NCBI RefSeq assembly: GCF_001949145.1
Contig: NW_019091356.1
Span: 4,260,934-4,324,933, forward strand
Length of the DNA: 64,000 nucleotides
Direction of reading: 5' to 3'
DNA from: Acanthaster planci
Lineage: Eukaryota
Shown: positions 25,001 through 36,599 of the stretch, piece by piece
How the letters are laid out: every line of letters starts with the position of its first letter
Position numbering within the stretch: position 1 is the stretch's first letter
Notes under the pieces: model-generated
What the model saw: the letters and a program-made list of their open reading frames with translations, nothing else
Told to the model about the DNA's origin: nothing
The model's database searches: none
Made by a program: the position numbers and the translations under genes

Positions 25001-27101
25001 ACTGACAAATATTCCGGGTTTCAGCTCAAAACATTTACAAGCAGAGCAATCCTAAATGTTGTAATATTGAGACAGGCTCAAGTTGTTGCAATTTCATTAC
25101 TTTCCCACATTTTGTTGTAGCAGCACTCCACCCTTCTAGCACGCTGAGCCGAGAGAATGAAGCTGTCCACTATTCCTCCTGTGACCGCAATCATTCAGGT
25201 ACTTTGTATTCCTGGTTGGAATAACCAAAACATCAATCAATCTCATCCTTACAGGAAAGGTGTCAAGGGGACTTTATTCCTGCTACCCCTGCTTGGTGTG
25301 ACGTACCTCCTGTTCTTGTTGGGACCGGCTCAAGTATCCGAAAAGGAGTCCAATACAGCGTCCTTCTACATCTATTCGTATTTTAGCACTTTGCTTAGCT
25401 CCTTACAAGGGTTCTTCGTGGCGGTTATCTACGTGTTTTTAAACCAGGAGGTAAATTAGAAAGGCCACCCTTCAAAGGTTCCAATTAGTGGTATTTCTAT
25501 CATGACATTCCCTTTGAAATTTTCTGTCTTTGTCGTAGTGTATTTATTTAGAAGCATCATTCATTTTACACATTAGATTAAGAAAACCTGTCCTCATGTA
25601 AGCTTATATTTCGACCAGGTGTCCTCTATACATTACCCTGTGTATTCGTGCTATTTAATTATTTGCTTCTTTAACTAATGCGAGGAATGGAAATAAATTA
25701 AATCAAACTCAAGCATGGCAAGACATTCGTTAAGGACTCGTCAAAGAATTGCTTTAGGGAAAAATTTGTCTGGATATTAGTGCCCCGAATTTCTTTTTTT
25801 AGAGGTTTGATCATCGCGGTTGTACCACTATTTTTGCCCTTTTAACAAACCATGAAGTCAAAGATTGAAATAGTCAAAGCCTTTGGGGGGGGCTCATACC
25901 TTTCTGTTAAAAGCCCTAAAACGTCACAATATTTTATAGTCATTGCTGCAACCCATTTGTTGGGCATTTCGTGTAGGTCTCTTAATCCCAATCTCACCTC
26001 AGCTCAACTTTTCTCTGCTTTTTTGGAACTCCTTTTGTATTTGTTCGTCATTGTGTGAATGCTTTGTCGCTGTTTTTGCCCTAAGTATAATTTCAAAGCG
26101 GCTGTCTTCCCCATGTCTGAACTGAACAGGTACAGAACGTGATCAAGAGGAAAATCCGACGATGGCGGGAAGAGAACACATTACCGACACGTGTCGTGTC
26201 CCGCCGAGGATCCAACACCAGGACCAGCTTTGGTAACCTGGGCATCTTTGGCGGACGTCGTAGCGGCCACGGTGGCCCAGGAAGTGCAAGCGAGCATGTG
26301 ACTGCCTTCAAGCTACCTGGTGGTCACATCTCATCACCCGAGGTTTACTCCAACGGCGCCAAGGTGCCTCCCTTCATCCGCATGGATGAGGTTCAACCTC
26401 TGACGCCAGTCTCCGAGGCGCCCACGTCGCCTCAGACCATGCAGTCCTACGTCAGCTTGGGCAACGGCCATGAAAGTGAGACTCAGCCCATAAATGACGT
26501 TGAGCTGGACGCACTGAAAGGAGACAACGCACGTTGCAATGGACTGAACGAGTCATCGGACTGGGATTGCAATGAGCTACCGTTGCTGTCGGTCAACGCC
26601 TGCGGGACTACCTCTGAGGTGAACGGCACGCAAGACTCATCACATCACGGTACATGGGATCTGGGTCCTCATGGAAACTTTTCAAACGTCACAGAAAAGA
26701 AAGCTCTCCAAACTGACCATGACAATAATGGTGTCCTAGGTGGGAATCACAACAACAATAATAGTCTGGCCCCGGGTTTGGCCAGACCAAAAACGGCCTC
26801 CGGGCGCAGCAGGGTAACTTTCGCCGACGAACTGGTCCATGAGAACCACAAAAGACCGGCCTGTTGCGATACCGGTAGGAACGAGGAGGCATACGACCGA
26901 TCTCCGAGGAAGAAAGCCGACGCAGAGAAACCTCCCTCTCGCGGCCAGACTGACGGGGAAGATTCCCCCGATTCAGTGACTGGTAAGCAGGACATCCAGC
27001 GGAGCCCACTGTTACCGTGCATTCGTAAGAAACCTTGGGCATCATCGAAACCTAATGGTACGATAGCCTTTCCAAAGGCTCCCGAGGGGACACCTGTCTG
27101 A
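4033..27101 (+). CDS. CRHR: CRH/DH44-type receptor (class B1 GPCR), spliced gene, ~784 aa: join(4033..4077,15205..15544,15889..16002,17147..17229,18373..18476,18877..19000,21693..21846,23491..23551,24603..24764,25255..25450,26130..27101)
   Basis: All exons have AG/GT boundaries and matching phases; exons 2-11 total 2310 nt and are open to TGA at 27099-27101. Translation shows the 6-Cys hormone-binding domain (RQC, YCGSLFDTILCWP, SCP, VCNPDGTW, NYSSC), TM1 VYVGYSLS, ICL1/TM2 KSLRCVRNYIHWNL, TM3 TNFFWMFVEG, ICL3/TM6 [31 protein letters not shown], TM7 SLQGFFVAVIYVFLNQEV. These closely match recalled CRHR1/2 motifs (IHWNL, TNFFWMFxEG, [31 protein letters not shown]). Exon 1 is less certain than the rest. 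Confidence 0.93.
15205..15544 (+). CDS. CRHR: Receptor exon 2: end of signal peptide, S/T-rich glycosylated N-terminal extension, first ECD Cys
   Basis: acacag|GTG acceptor, AATG|gtaaga donor (phase 1); VLIVSLVGVSSTYVQASNTT...RQCSLRNMLEE... Confidence 0.85.
15889..16002 (+). CDS. CRHR: Receptor exon 3 (hormone-binding domain)
   Basis: ttgaag|GG ... TCAT|gtaagt; RYCGSLFDTILCWPASEPGIINRSCPAVLNDVHYDTS. Confidence 0.95.
17147..17229 (+). CDS. CRHR: Receptor exon 4 (hormone-binding domain, C-terminal part)
   Basis: ccacag|AC ... CCG|gtattt; YNVTRVCNPDGTWANKSNYSSCTAKYIP. Confidence 0.9.
18373..18476 (+). CDS. CRHR: Receptor exon 5 (TM1)
   Basis: atgtag|GAC ... TTCAA|gtaagt; DVNSNDIALQVLVYVGYSLSFTALVGAFCIFLFFK. 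Confidence 0.93.
18877..19000 (+). CDS. CRHR: Receptor exon 6 (ICL1-TM2)
   Basis: cggcag|G ... CAG|gtaggt; SLRCVRNYIHWNLVSSFVVLYISYFTLSGTIGLVNDKSDVQ. Confidence 0.95.
21693..21846 (+). CDS. CRHR: Receptor exon 7 (TM3-ICL2-start of TM4), 154 nt
   Basis: gtccag|TGG ... TGGG|gtaagc; WICRLLYVLMLYAMMTNFFWMFVEGIYLYTLVVRALTVRRNFFWIYCIFGW. Confidence 0.96.
23491..23551 (+). CDS. CRHR: Receptor exon 8 (TM4), 61 nt; not in the ORF track
   Basis: ttacag|CT ... GATCA|gtaagt; supplies the required phase 1 to phase 2 bridge; AGPVPFVVAFTIVKIVSQSDQ. Confidence 0.9.
24603..24764 (+). CDS. CRHR: Receptor exon 9 (ECL2-TM5-ICL3)
   Basis: ctgcag|G ... TATCG|gtaagc; [54 protein letters not shown]. Confidence 0.95.
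25255..25450 (+). CDS. CRHR: Receptor exon 10 (TM6-ECL3-TM7)
   Basis: ttacag|G ... GAG|gtaaat; [24 protein letters not shown]...SLQGFFVAVIYVFLNQE. Confidence 0.96.
26130..27101 (+). CDS. CRHR: Receptor terminal exon (helix 8 and 323-aa C-tail)
   Basis: gaacag|GTA CAG AAC GTG; VQNVIKRKIRRWREEN...APEGTPV*; GC-rich, longest ORF in the window. Confidence 0.93.
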   Translation, partial: VQNVIKRKIRRWREENTLPTRVVSRRGSNTRTSFGNLGIFGGRRSGHGGPGSASEHVTAFKLPGGHISSPEVYSNGAKVPPFIRMDEVQPLTPVSEAPTSPQTMQSYVSLGNGHESETQPINDVELDALKGDNARCNGLNESSDWDCNELPLLSVNACGTTSEVNGTQDSSHHGTWDLGPHGNFSNVTEKKALQTDHDNNGVLGGNHNNNNSLAPGLARPKTASGRSRVTFADELVHENHKRPACCDTGRNEEAYDRSPRKKADAEKPPSRGQTDGEDSPDSVTGKQDIQRSPLLPCIRKKPWASSKPNGTIAFPKAPEGTPV

Positions 27102-29600
27102 CAGACTCCCGCAATGCGTGCGTGAGGTACCCCCACCTCAATAGGAATCAAAACTCACGAGGTTTCGATATTTATACCAGCTGATTGTGATGATGCAAGA
27201 AACTTGGTAGCCACAATACTGGAAGATGGCGGCTTCTGAATCCTTTCCCATTTGGATATGAACAGAAAGCTGTCGCTGCGTGAACACGGTGGATTTCTAC
27301 TCCCAAGCAGCAAATATGATCCTCGGCTTTAGAAGTCGACAGAGGCAACTTCGAGTTGACTGGCACCAGTGCAGATAGTGTAAATACTGACAGTCTCCGT
27401 TACCCACTGGAATGACAAATATCCTTGGATAGATTTGGTTTTGTGTCTCTCAGATGAACGTGTCAGACTTGCTTTCCGTTTCAAGCATTTGTTTATTCAC
27501 TACTTAACTTCTATCTACATGTAATACTATAGATGCTGTTCAATATATGTATTACACTTAAAGAAAACCAAATTATCTCCGTCGTAAACTTGAAAAAAGT
27601 CTCAAGATAAAACGTCCATGTGAATGAAATGAGTAGAAACTCTCATTTTTCTCGGGAAAATTGATGAAAGTTTTAATTTTTTTTCTCTTTGGTTCGGTTG
27701 TGGCTTGTAGAGTTTTGAGGAGTATAGAAATATAAAGGAAAAACCTTAAAATGGTATTAAACCCTCTGTGGTTGGAATTTGTACAGATGTTCTTTGAAGT
27801 CCGAATTGAGCCCTTTCAGTACGATTTGTGCGGCGGTGGGGAGGTGATTCCATCACCCGAGTAAACAGAATGTGCTAACGTTTCCATAAGCATATCATCG
27901 TACTAATTATTGTTTGTTATAGAAGCACTGTCTAAACAAATAATTACAAAGAATACCAAAAAAAAAAAATAAAAAAATAAAAGAAAAAAAATGACAACAA
28001 ATATACACAAAGAAGCCTGAGTGGAGACGATTGATCGTTTCTTTTGTTTTCAATACCAACAGAGTAAGACTCTTTCTTTTTACCCTAACACTCCTCAGTC
28101 CTCCAACAGGTGAAGGATTGAGGAGTGTTTGGGTTAAGAAAGTATTTTGGAGGGAGCTCAGCGTCTGTAGGCTTGTACAAATTTGACGTATTTGTTCTGG
28201 GTCAGAAATCTGTCACCGTGACGGATGTGTTTTAGTTGAAGGAAAGTTGGAAGTTTCTTCGTGTATGGTATTGTGTTGTATGTACAGTGTAAAATATGTA
28301 AAACTGAAGAAGTATTCCGTAATCATGTTAGTGCCTCTGGTGGTTTTTATCTTGATATTTGGCAGTTATTTCTCCAAATAATATAGCAAACATCTCACCG
28401 AAATCTTGTTGAATTTATTGTTGCCATAATTATCCAGAACATTGGATGTTGTTGGTGTTGCAGGTTTAATATTGTGAGTGAACTGAACTTGGCATTCTTG
28501 TCGCCAAAGGCGTCTTTGCTGACTGTTTTTGGTGAGAAATATAAAGTCGGCGTTAATTTTAATGAGGGGAAATCGATAGGTGCTTCAGTCTACACAACCT
28601 GAAATGTTAAGTCCATTATTGTCATGAAATACTCTTTCAAAATAACACCCGGGACTGTAAGCTATATTTGAACGCTTCCGGGGAGTTTGCTGTGCTGATG
28701 TAGTCGCCACATCATCTTGCGATTCTTGCTGGAGAAAGTCGACTATTCTGCGTAAAAATCTATTTCATATTTTTTTTTTGAAAAAAAAACTTGTATATTA
28801 GCTATTCCGTTTGTGGTGTGCTGTGTTTTGAATTGGGTGAATGTTCCCACAGAATTTTTTGTTTTTTATTTTGTTGAGAATTTTCGCTGTTCGTTCATCA
28901 AGATCGTAGAATACCAAGTACTAAACGGTGTTCCCTTGATGTCGCTTTTATGTACATACTTGGATTATAAAATACTACAATGCTTGAAGAATAGTGAAAG
29001 TGGTAACATTTTGTTTGCCCTTTTGACTTGATGCATTCCATTATCTGTTTTTTGCTTATTGAGTGTGTCGGCCCATGTAAGAAATGGAGTTATTTTCCTA
29101 AAGTATAAAAAAAGCAATGCCGATTAAGAGGTGTATTTGAATTGATTTTTCCGATTATTTAGCTCAAAGCATGTAACTAGAAAAATGTGGGTTATTTATC
29201 TCTCTGTGGTAGGGAAAAGCTGTTACTTTAGATGGCGTTACTTTCGTCGTTTTTAAATGTGATTTTATGTGACTCGCAGACAAAATAAAAGACTGATTTT
29301 GTTACCAACATGGTTACCGCTTACGCATATTGTGGTATGAAGGTGGTGCAGAAATGAAAATAGATCGTTGTCATGTTAACTATACAAGCAAGCGCATAAA
29401 ATGTTGTGATTTGATTATTGGAAATCATTTAATGTATCATTACCAATTATGAATATCTGTACATGTAAATGCAAACATTGAAACCTTCATAGCCAACAGC
29501 TGGATGTGACCTTCTTATTTTTGGAGAACAAAGTTATATTTTCCCCATTCTTTTAGGATGATGTGAATAAATTTATCATCGTTATGGAAACTGAATTGAC
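27102..29600 (+). other. Probable 3' UTR of the receptor; end undefined
   Basis: AT/U-rich sequence after the stop; AATAAA hexamers near 27968-27981 (inside an A-rich tract), ~29284 and ~29567. Confidence 0.4.
28072..28142 (+). repeat. Stem-loop (imperfect inverted repeat) in putative 3' UTR
   Basis: 28082-28102 pairs with 28114-28134 (21 bp, one U-U, one G-U); outer CTTTCTT 28072-28078 pairs with AAGAAAG 28136-28142. Confidence 0.8.
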
Positions 29601-32600
29601 TTCTCGAATGTCTCTGATTTGGATTGCTTACGTTGAGTAACTGGTTTTCCTTGTAGCCGTGCTTCAAGAAAAACGATAATGATAAACCAAAAGATTACGT
29701 AGAAAAAATTGACAAGATGCACCTGTAATCAAATACATCTTTTATGGTATGCAAAGTCTACATTTAATCCCGAGAAACCTCCATTTCTAACAGAGATATT
29801 TCTGTTAGATAAGGAAATATTAATTATAGAGGGATCTCCATTTCGGAGTATCAGTTTTACATGCCATAGTCTTCACTTAACATTATATCAAAGGAGAAAT
29901 GGCATGCCATGTCTTGGGAGAGGGGGCTCGTGAGGCTCATACACCTTCCTTTTTCAGGAAGATAAAACCAAATATCTGGGGATGCTCACGCAGGCTGTGT
30001 TTACATGAAGAGCGCCCTCTTTAGCCCTTTTCATTTTGGTAACAATTTTGTTTCTTCCAGCGCGAGAGGTATTGTCCAATCCGCCCCGAGCTGAAGTGCA
30101 TCCCTAATCGGCGAAAAGAAAGACACGTGGTTACAAGCGAGTTTCTTGCACGCGTTCTGCGTATACGCAAAGACCGTACATATGCCGGCGCAAATTAGAT
30201 ACGCGTACTCAGCGTGCTCCGCGGCAAACGCGTATATACTTGCGCGCCTGTGCGGTGAGTACCAAAAAAAAAACCCAAAAAAAACAAAAAAACAAAAAAA
30301 AACACGCCCTCTTTTGTTCCGCTCGGAGCGGATAGCGCCTGCAGGAAAAGGTAATGCAGACATTTTGTGTCCACCGCCACACACAGCGCGTTTAATTTCT
30401 TTCCTCGCGCTTACCTGTGATGTCGTCATAGGTATAGGCGAGTATGCGAGGTGTGTTATTATAAAGCAAATTTGGGACGATCTCGGGTTACTCGAAGTGC
30501 CAAACTGGGTCAAAAGGCCATGGAGAAATTAGATTTGTAAGGTGAATTCGAACTGTCAAAAGCAACGGACATTTACACATTTTGACAACTTTGACTGCAT
30601 GGAGCCAACTAGCACGTACACGTGCAGAATTTTCTGACCTATTTACAGCGGCATCAACTTTCCTTCGCATCATTCAACAAAACCGCCATGTTTTTGCGTT
30701 TCATTGTAGGATTCTTCTCCAAGTAACCAATTTGCGTGGCGGATTGGTTGCTTAGGTCAGGCCAAATTAAACACAAGAAATCGCGTGAGTGTCAAATTGA
30801 TCGCAATCACGTTTACCCGAAAACATGGGGAAGAGGAGGCGCCCCATCGGATGTACCTACCGGGATGCCAAACCCTTCAAGTTAAGTTCGTGAAATTTAA
30901 GACACCTATTCCTTTGATCTCAGAGCCCCTTCAAAAATGTGCCGTGCACTCTGGGGGACCCCAGATTTCACCCCAACAGTGAGGCCAGTGAAAACGATGC
31001 TTCTCGCTCGGATTTCAAGAATATTCAGATTAAAGCACTCGGATTTCAAGAGTATTCGAGAAATTTGCTTAATTTAATAAACAATTTCATTACAGACAGC
31101 TCGAGCAGATGTCTAATAGAACAATTGTGATCACAGGCTGTAGAATTAGAACAAAGAGCGAAATCATGATCTAAAAATGAAATACACTGTGACGTCCTCA
31201 GCATCAGAGTGGAAGATGGACTGATGTTAAATAATTCACCCGTTTATTGCCTTACTTACCATGTAACGTTTTCCATATATCGTATTTTTTTTATTGATTG
31301 CAGGTCACTCTCTGCCCACGTCATGTTTAATTAAAGACTTATAATGCGAAATATTGCCAGTGACGATTCCTATTCTTGCCATGTGCTTGGCTACATCGTG
31401 ACTAGACACCGCAAGAAAGTTACAAATGAAACCGCTAAACAAATTAACTCTGATCTTACTTGCAAAGGTTTCATCAGTGCTCCGTTGAGAGGGCGCCATC
31501 ACTGACCGTCGTGGGCATTGGCAGCGTCAGACCTCGGGGGCTGTGGGTGCAAGTGTGGGGCAAAGCATAATCGCGTGGATGCAAATGAGCCACCATTTTC
31601 CTGGGTTTATAATATGATGCGGAATCGTAAAACGGAAAGGTTGATCGCCCTGTCAGAATTTGTGACAAAATTTTTGTGGTGTGCAAACGTGGGTGCAAGC
31701 GGCTCTTCAGAGGGTGCATTTTCACCCTTGACACCGCGTAGCGCCGCCACTGGTCGTGAGCGGCCACGTGTCTGGTTGAGAACAGCTGTGAAATTAAGGG
31801 TAGTGTTCGCACAAAACACACATTGTAATTCGGTGCTTATCAGTGATCACGCGGACATACTTGGCGTTAAGCCATGCATTAAGCCAATCAGACAGGCAGG
31901 AAACAACAACATTGTTCGTTATTGTCTGAAATGGCAGTTTTGCACAATGTTTCAAGCTAGTTGTCGATATTGGAGAAACTATCTGGTCTATTCAAATTCC
32001 GGACCAAGAGACTCATGCAGGTGACCTTTGGCGACCTTGTACACGGTCAATCCTTTGTACACACTCGGGACACTCAGTGGACTGAATGTTCTTACTGGTC
32101 CCATGTACCCACATCCATTGTGTGCGGACTGTTATCTCTGACCGTAGGGTTTGCTATTGACACACGGAGCTGAGTGACTTAATTCTTCCATGCTTCAACC
32201 AAGCGCCTATAGTTCACAGGAGAAGGGAGCGAGAATTGAAGTATTTACCGAGCAAACTTGATTTACACTGGCAGTTGTCCAAAGACCTTGTCAAACCAGT
32301 CGGAAGGAGTGCTTCAGAAACTGGCGGGCATATCTGTCATTGTTCCGGAGGAATTCTAAGAAGATTGCTTGGCTGGAAGCAGTGGGGACTGAATTATCTA
32401 CATTGGGGGAGAGCCGTTGCATAACGAGGACAGAAACAATGGTAGGCAGATAAACTTATTTTCGGATGAAGTATGTTGGTATGTTTGTTTTTGTAATGCA
32501 TGTATTGCAGTGTCATGAGATCTCGACATCAGTGTTGCAGTGGTATTGAAGTTAACCGTTGAGGAATGAACCATGTCGTGGAACTTGATACGAACGTGGA

Positions 32601-34111
32601 AGTCGACCAACTCCATCGGGGTTACGCTTTCCACAAGTATGAATAGGCTTCATAATTCCATTAGTAGTATATAACGTATGTGGACAGTCTCGGTCGAGTG
32701 TAGGTCCATACCATGACCATGCCCACGAGCAATTTTCAGACTGAAACCTGGAAATTAAGTCCCCAGCTTCCTTCTTGTGGCTGTATTTATAATTGATAGT
32801 GAAGACTCACGTTATCTAGTCGCATGCTAATACTTGGGCGGATAGTTATGCTGCGGATGAAATAAAGAAGTGATAAATAGTAAGCTACAGAAAATAGTTT
32901 TTTAATGCCAGATATTTTGGTGAAGGTATATTGTGGGACTAACCATGCGCAGTGATTATAAATGATCTTAGGTAGGCTTTTTAATTTGGGTTCAGAAATT
33001 TGTTGGGTTCATAAAGAGTTTATTCATGTTGTGTAGGAACTGGACAATGCATTGTAGGTCCCAGATTTCCCGGGGTTTCTTCTCATTACATCTTAACAAT
33101 AGCACACAACAAGGATGTTTAAACTCTACGATGGTCCATGATATGCGATACTCTACTGATTTGTTATGTTTGATGACACATTACAAGTGAATAATACAGG
33201 AAGGGAAGTTAAAAAGAAAACTCATCTCAGGTTACTAAATTCTTTTTTTTTTGTTACTTTACTTGTTATTGTTTATAACTCACCGGTTGTAATTTATAAT
33301 GTTGTCTGTTTACGGAGGAATGGGGCAATCTTTAATTGTTTTTATTGTTTTTCATTCGGTTATTATTTTGTTCGAATAGATGGCCTGGTGTATGCATTTT
33401 TGCATGAATGGTTGCTCAAACTGTGGATGAAGCGATGGAACTTGGTAGTTCCTTAAACTTTAAATTTTTAAAGTTAGATTAGGGTGATTGTAAATTGAAA
33501 ACAATCTTAACGTGCCCGTAGAATTCCAGAGGGAGTAAGATATTAAGGAGATGAAGGCCGAAACGTTGACAGACTTTCACGAATGTATTGTCGGTATTTG
33601 TTGTCATTTTGTGACGCGCAATCTGTTCCGAACACAGAGTTTCTTTGTTTGGCCTTGGTTGAATGCAATGTTGGACAATCAACGCTAACGTAACTAACAT
33701 ATTCGTGAAGGCCATGGGATTTCAAATGCCCGGTATGGATGCGACATCTTGCTGCAGTGTCATGCCAGTCCAGTCTTATGACATGCAGATGGTTGCAAAA
33801 TATGACACCCAAGGACAACTACCATCTGACTATGAGAGTACGCTTCATTTAACAATTATGCCTGCCAGCATGCTCGAATGTTGGAAAATATGAAAAACCT
33901 CAGTGGTTTCGTTGTTGCTCTGCCTGAAGCCATGGCCTGAAGTTGTTTCTCTGAGATATCCTAAATAGGATCTCTGTTCCATCTCTGCTACTAAGTGACT
34001 GGAATGATTGTGAGATTGTAAGAAATTGAAGGCTCAGAAAAGTCGATGCGGAAGAGTTGGTTTTTCTTAATGTGTAGAGGAAAGCATGTGAATGTTGTTC
34101 CTAATGGAATG

Positions 34112-34156
34112 GATGTGAAATCACTCAGATGTGAAATCACTCAGATATGAAATCAC
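34112..34156. repeat. 16-bp tandem repeat, ~2.8 copies
   Basis: GATGTGAAATCACTCA x2 followed by GATATGAAATCAC. Confidence 0.9.
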
Positions 34157-36599
34157 AGGAATTTTCCCCTATGCCTTCCGGCTGTAAGTGAAGGTGCGTC
34201 TGTTACTGTGACCCGTTACTTGACATCAGACTGGTATACCAAGGTGAACCAGGCACGGGGCATATTGTGTACTGAGTTTTTCCCTACAAAATCGTTTCAA
34301 CTTGTCAGCCGCAGGCATCGCCAGCGGTGGGAAAATAGTCTTCCTGTGTCACAAAAAAATGTCGGACTTCTGTTGATAGTTAATTAGTTTCCTACAGGTG
34401 TGGCCACTGGCTGTGTTATAGTCTATCAAATGAAGGACTTTAAAAACAAAATAAAAACGAAATACAAATTGTTTAAAAAACACCTGAGATTTATTATGTG
34501 ATTATATAGAAACTGTAAACTACCGGTTCTTAGTTGTCAATCAAACTGTTCTGGAGGTGATTTGTAGGTAACATTGATGTCTGTTATGCTATTATGCTCT
34601 TTGACCCGAGATTTCAGTTCTTTGTTGTCAAAATAGAACGATCCTTGAAAGTTCGGGCAATTAAGCGATTAGCATGTTAGTATTCTATATACCTCGAGGG
34701 TAAGCGGCCCTTCAGTAATCCTGCAGTTATTAGGATTCTTCCCGTGTAAGCTGGGCGTCTGAATGGACAACTTAAGCAGAAAAATCTGCAAGGACAGGTT
34801 TATCTCTGGTGAAATGTTGAGCCCTAACATTATGTAGGAACAAAGCTGAACAAACATTGCCCCACGTAAACGGTTAACAAAAAATTAAAACACTTCCCCG
34901 CCACATTTTTTTAGATTGATGTTGCAAATCTTGTCAGTTTGTGTGGATCATTTCAGCGTATCCCACCATGTTTAACATTAGGCTATCGATCATAATCCAA
35001 CAGGTGTTTTTGTAAGGTTCGTGTTCACTTATGACTGCATTGCATCTGTGATATGACTTTTGATTTATCTATTCTGTGTTGTCTTGTCGGCGTGAGTGTC
35101 AGCAATGTTATCGAAACTCCAGTGAATTTGGATGTCGTATAACTGATGAGGTTTATGTATAATGGTTCCAGGCTGCGTGTCAGGCCACATAACAATATTA
35201 AGAGCAAACAACGAACATGTAGTTTAGCTGGCACACCTTAGATGGTAACTCTATAATTTAGAGCTGTTCCTATTCTGTGGATATATCTTCATATTTTGGT
35301 CACTGTTTCCTGTCCGAAAGGTCCCATTTCATGTTTGAATAGAATCTTTCTAGAAAGCCTTATCATGAAATCCATATACGAAATATTCGAAGTGTGAGGA
35401 ACTTGAAACTATTATGTAGATGGTAGTATGTCTGTATGGGACACAATGTCTACGGCTGCTGCATGTACATACTCAAGCACCATTACCGACAGGTTAGTAG
35501 GTTGTCTACGACCCTTTAGTGTTCAACACTTCAACTTGCATGTCATACTATTTAAAACAATATATCTCCTTCCAGCGGCATAAATTTGGATCAGGAAATA
35601 AACCGGGATGGGGAATTGTGGAGGATATGACTTGCCCAACTGTAGAAATTTGAAGGGAGTCGACACCACAAGGCTAATGTTCATGATTATGTGCTACACT
35701 CTTGCAGAACCTTACATCAAAACGGCATATTTATTGCTTTTCCCTTTTTGAGTGCTATTGAATACATTTTGGTCATTGGGAAGTCCAACAACCCTTCAAC
35801 ATCTGCCTTAGAATAGAGGGATGATTCAAAAGCTCACCTCCCCGGTTAAAAAGTGGGGAGGGGGATATCCGCCCTCCCATCCCACAGGAGTTTACGCCCA
35901 TGTCTCATTGTATCATAATCTGAACAATGTTGGCCGTACCGAGTTGTGCACACGTCGGTTGAAGCTATACAGAATTTAGTAAACATCATCAGGCAAATGT
36001 CTGTGACTGACCGCCATGTCAAAAGGGGGGGGGGACCTTGTGAAGGGGTAGCCTTACTTCAACCGACGTTATAGCATATTCACGCGTGCAGTTCTTGTAG
36101 CACTAATAAAGCGATTTCGATGGATCATGATGTCGTGTCTACCACCGCTATCTGATACAAACGAGTGTCAGTTGGCAGGGCTGATGGTATTCCAGGTAGC
36201 CATCTAAATCAACCAGCTGTCATTCCTGTTATCAGTACGATTATGTCGCGTCACATGTAAGACAATACATGAACCTTAATGGGAACCAAACCTACAAGAT
36301 GACGTTAAAATGTCCTTACATACATCGTATGTATTGCAAGTTAATAACATCCTAAAAACTGGAGGAGAACTGTACAGGAGACTGGCCTGATTGAATTGTT
36401 GAGTGCTGCAAGTGGCCCCGTGGTCGAAGTGCATTGGATTTTTGTAATCTGTGTAGGTAAGGGTGCGGGCTTTTGTGGGTCCGACTCCAGCCTGGGGTCA
36501 TGCTTCGTGTTCGCAGAGTTTGGATGTATTTGCTCGGAATCGGTATCAGTTTGTAAGAATAAACTCATTATGAAAAATCCGGAGCATCAACTTATCGAT

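Noticed and set aside
26689..27151. Minus-strand ORFs of 118 and 134 aa
   Set aside because: Antisense shadows of the GC-rich terminal receptor exon
30031..30673. Overlapping 128-160 aa ORFs in a CpG-rich block
   Set aside because: They cross an A-rich low-complexity tract and show no domain; more likely a repeat or regulatory relic
31518..32024. 168-aa ORF
   Set aside because: Overlaps a degenerate MITE-like GC-rich segment (~31514-31753); no protein signature
35573..35901. Possible degenerate MITE (CAGCGGCATAAA...TTTACGCCCATG ends)
   Set aside because: Terminal match too poor and no target-site duplication to support a call
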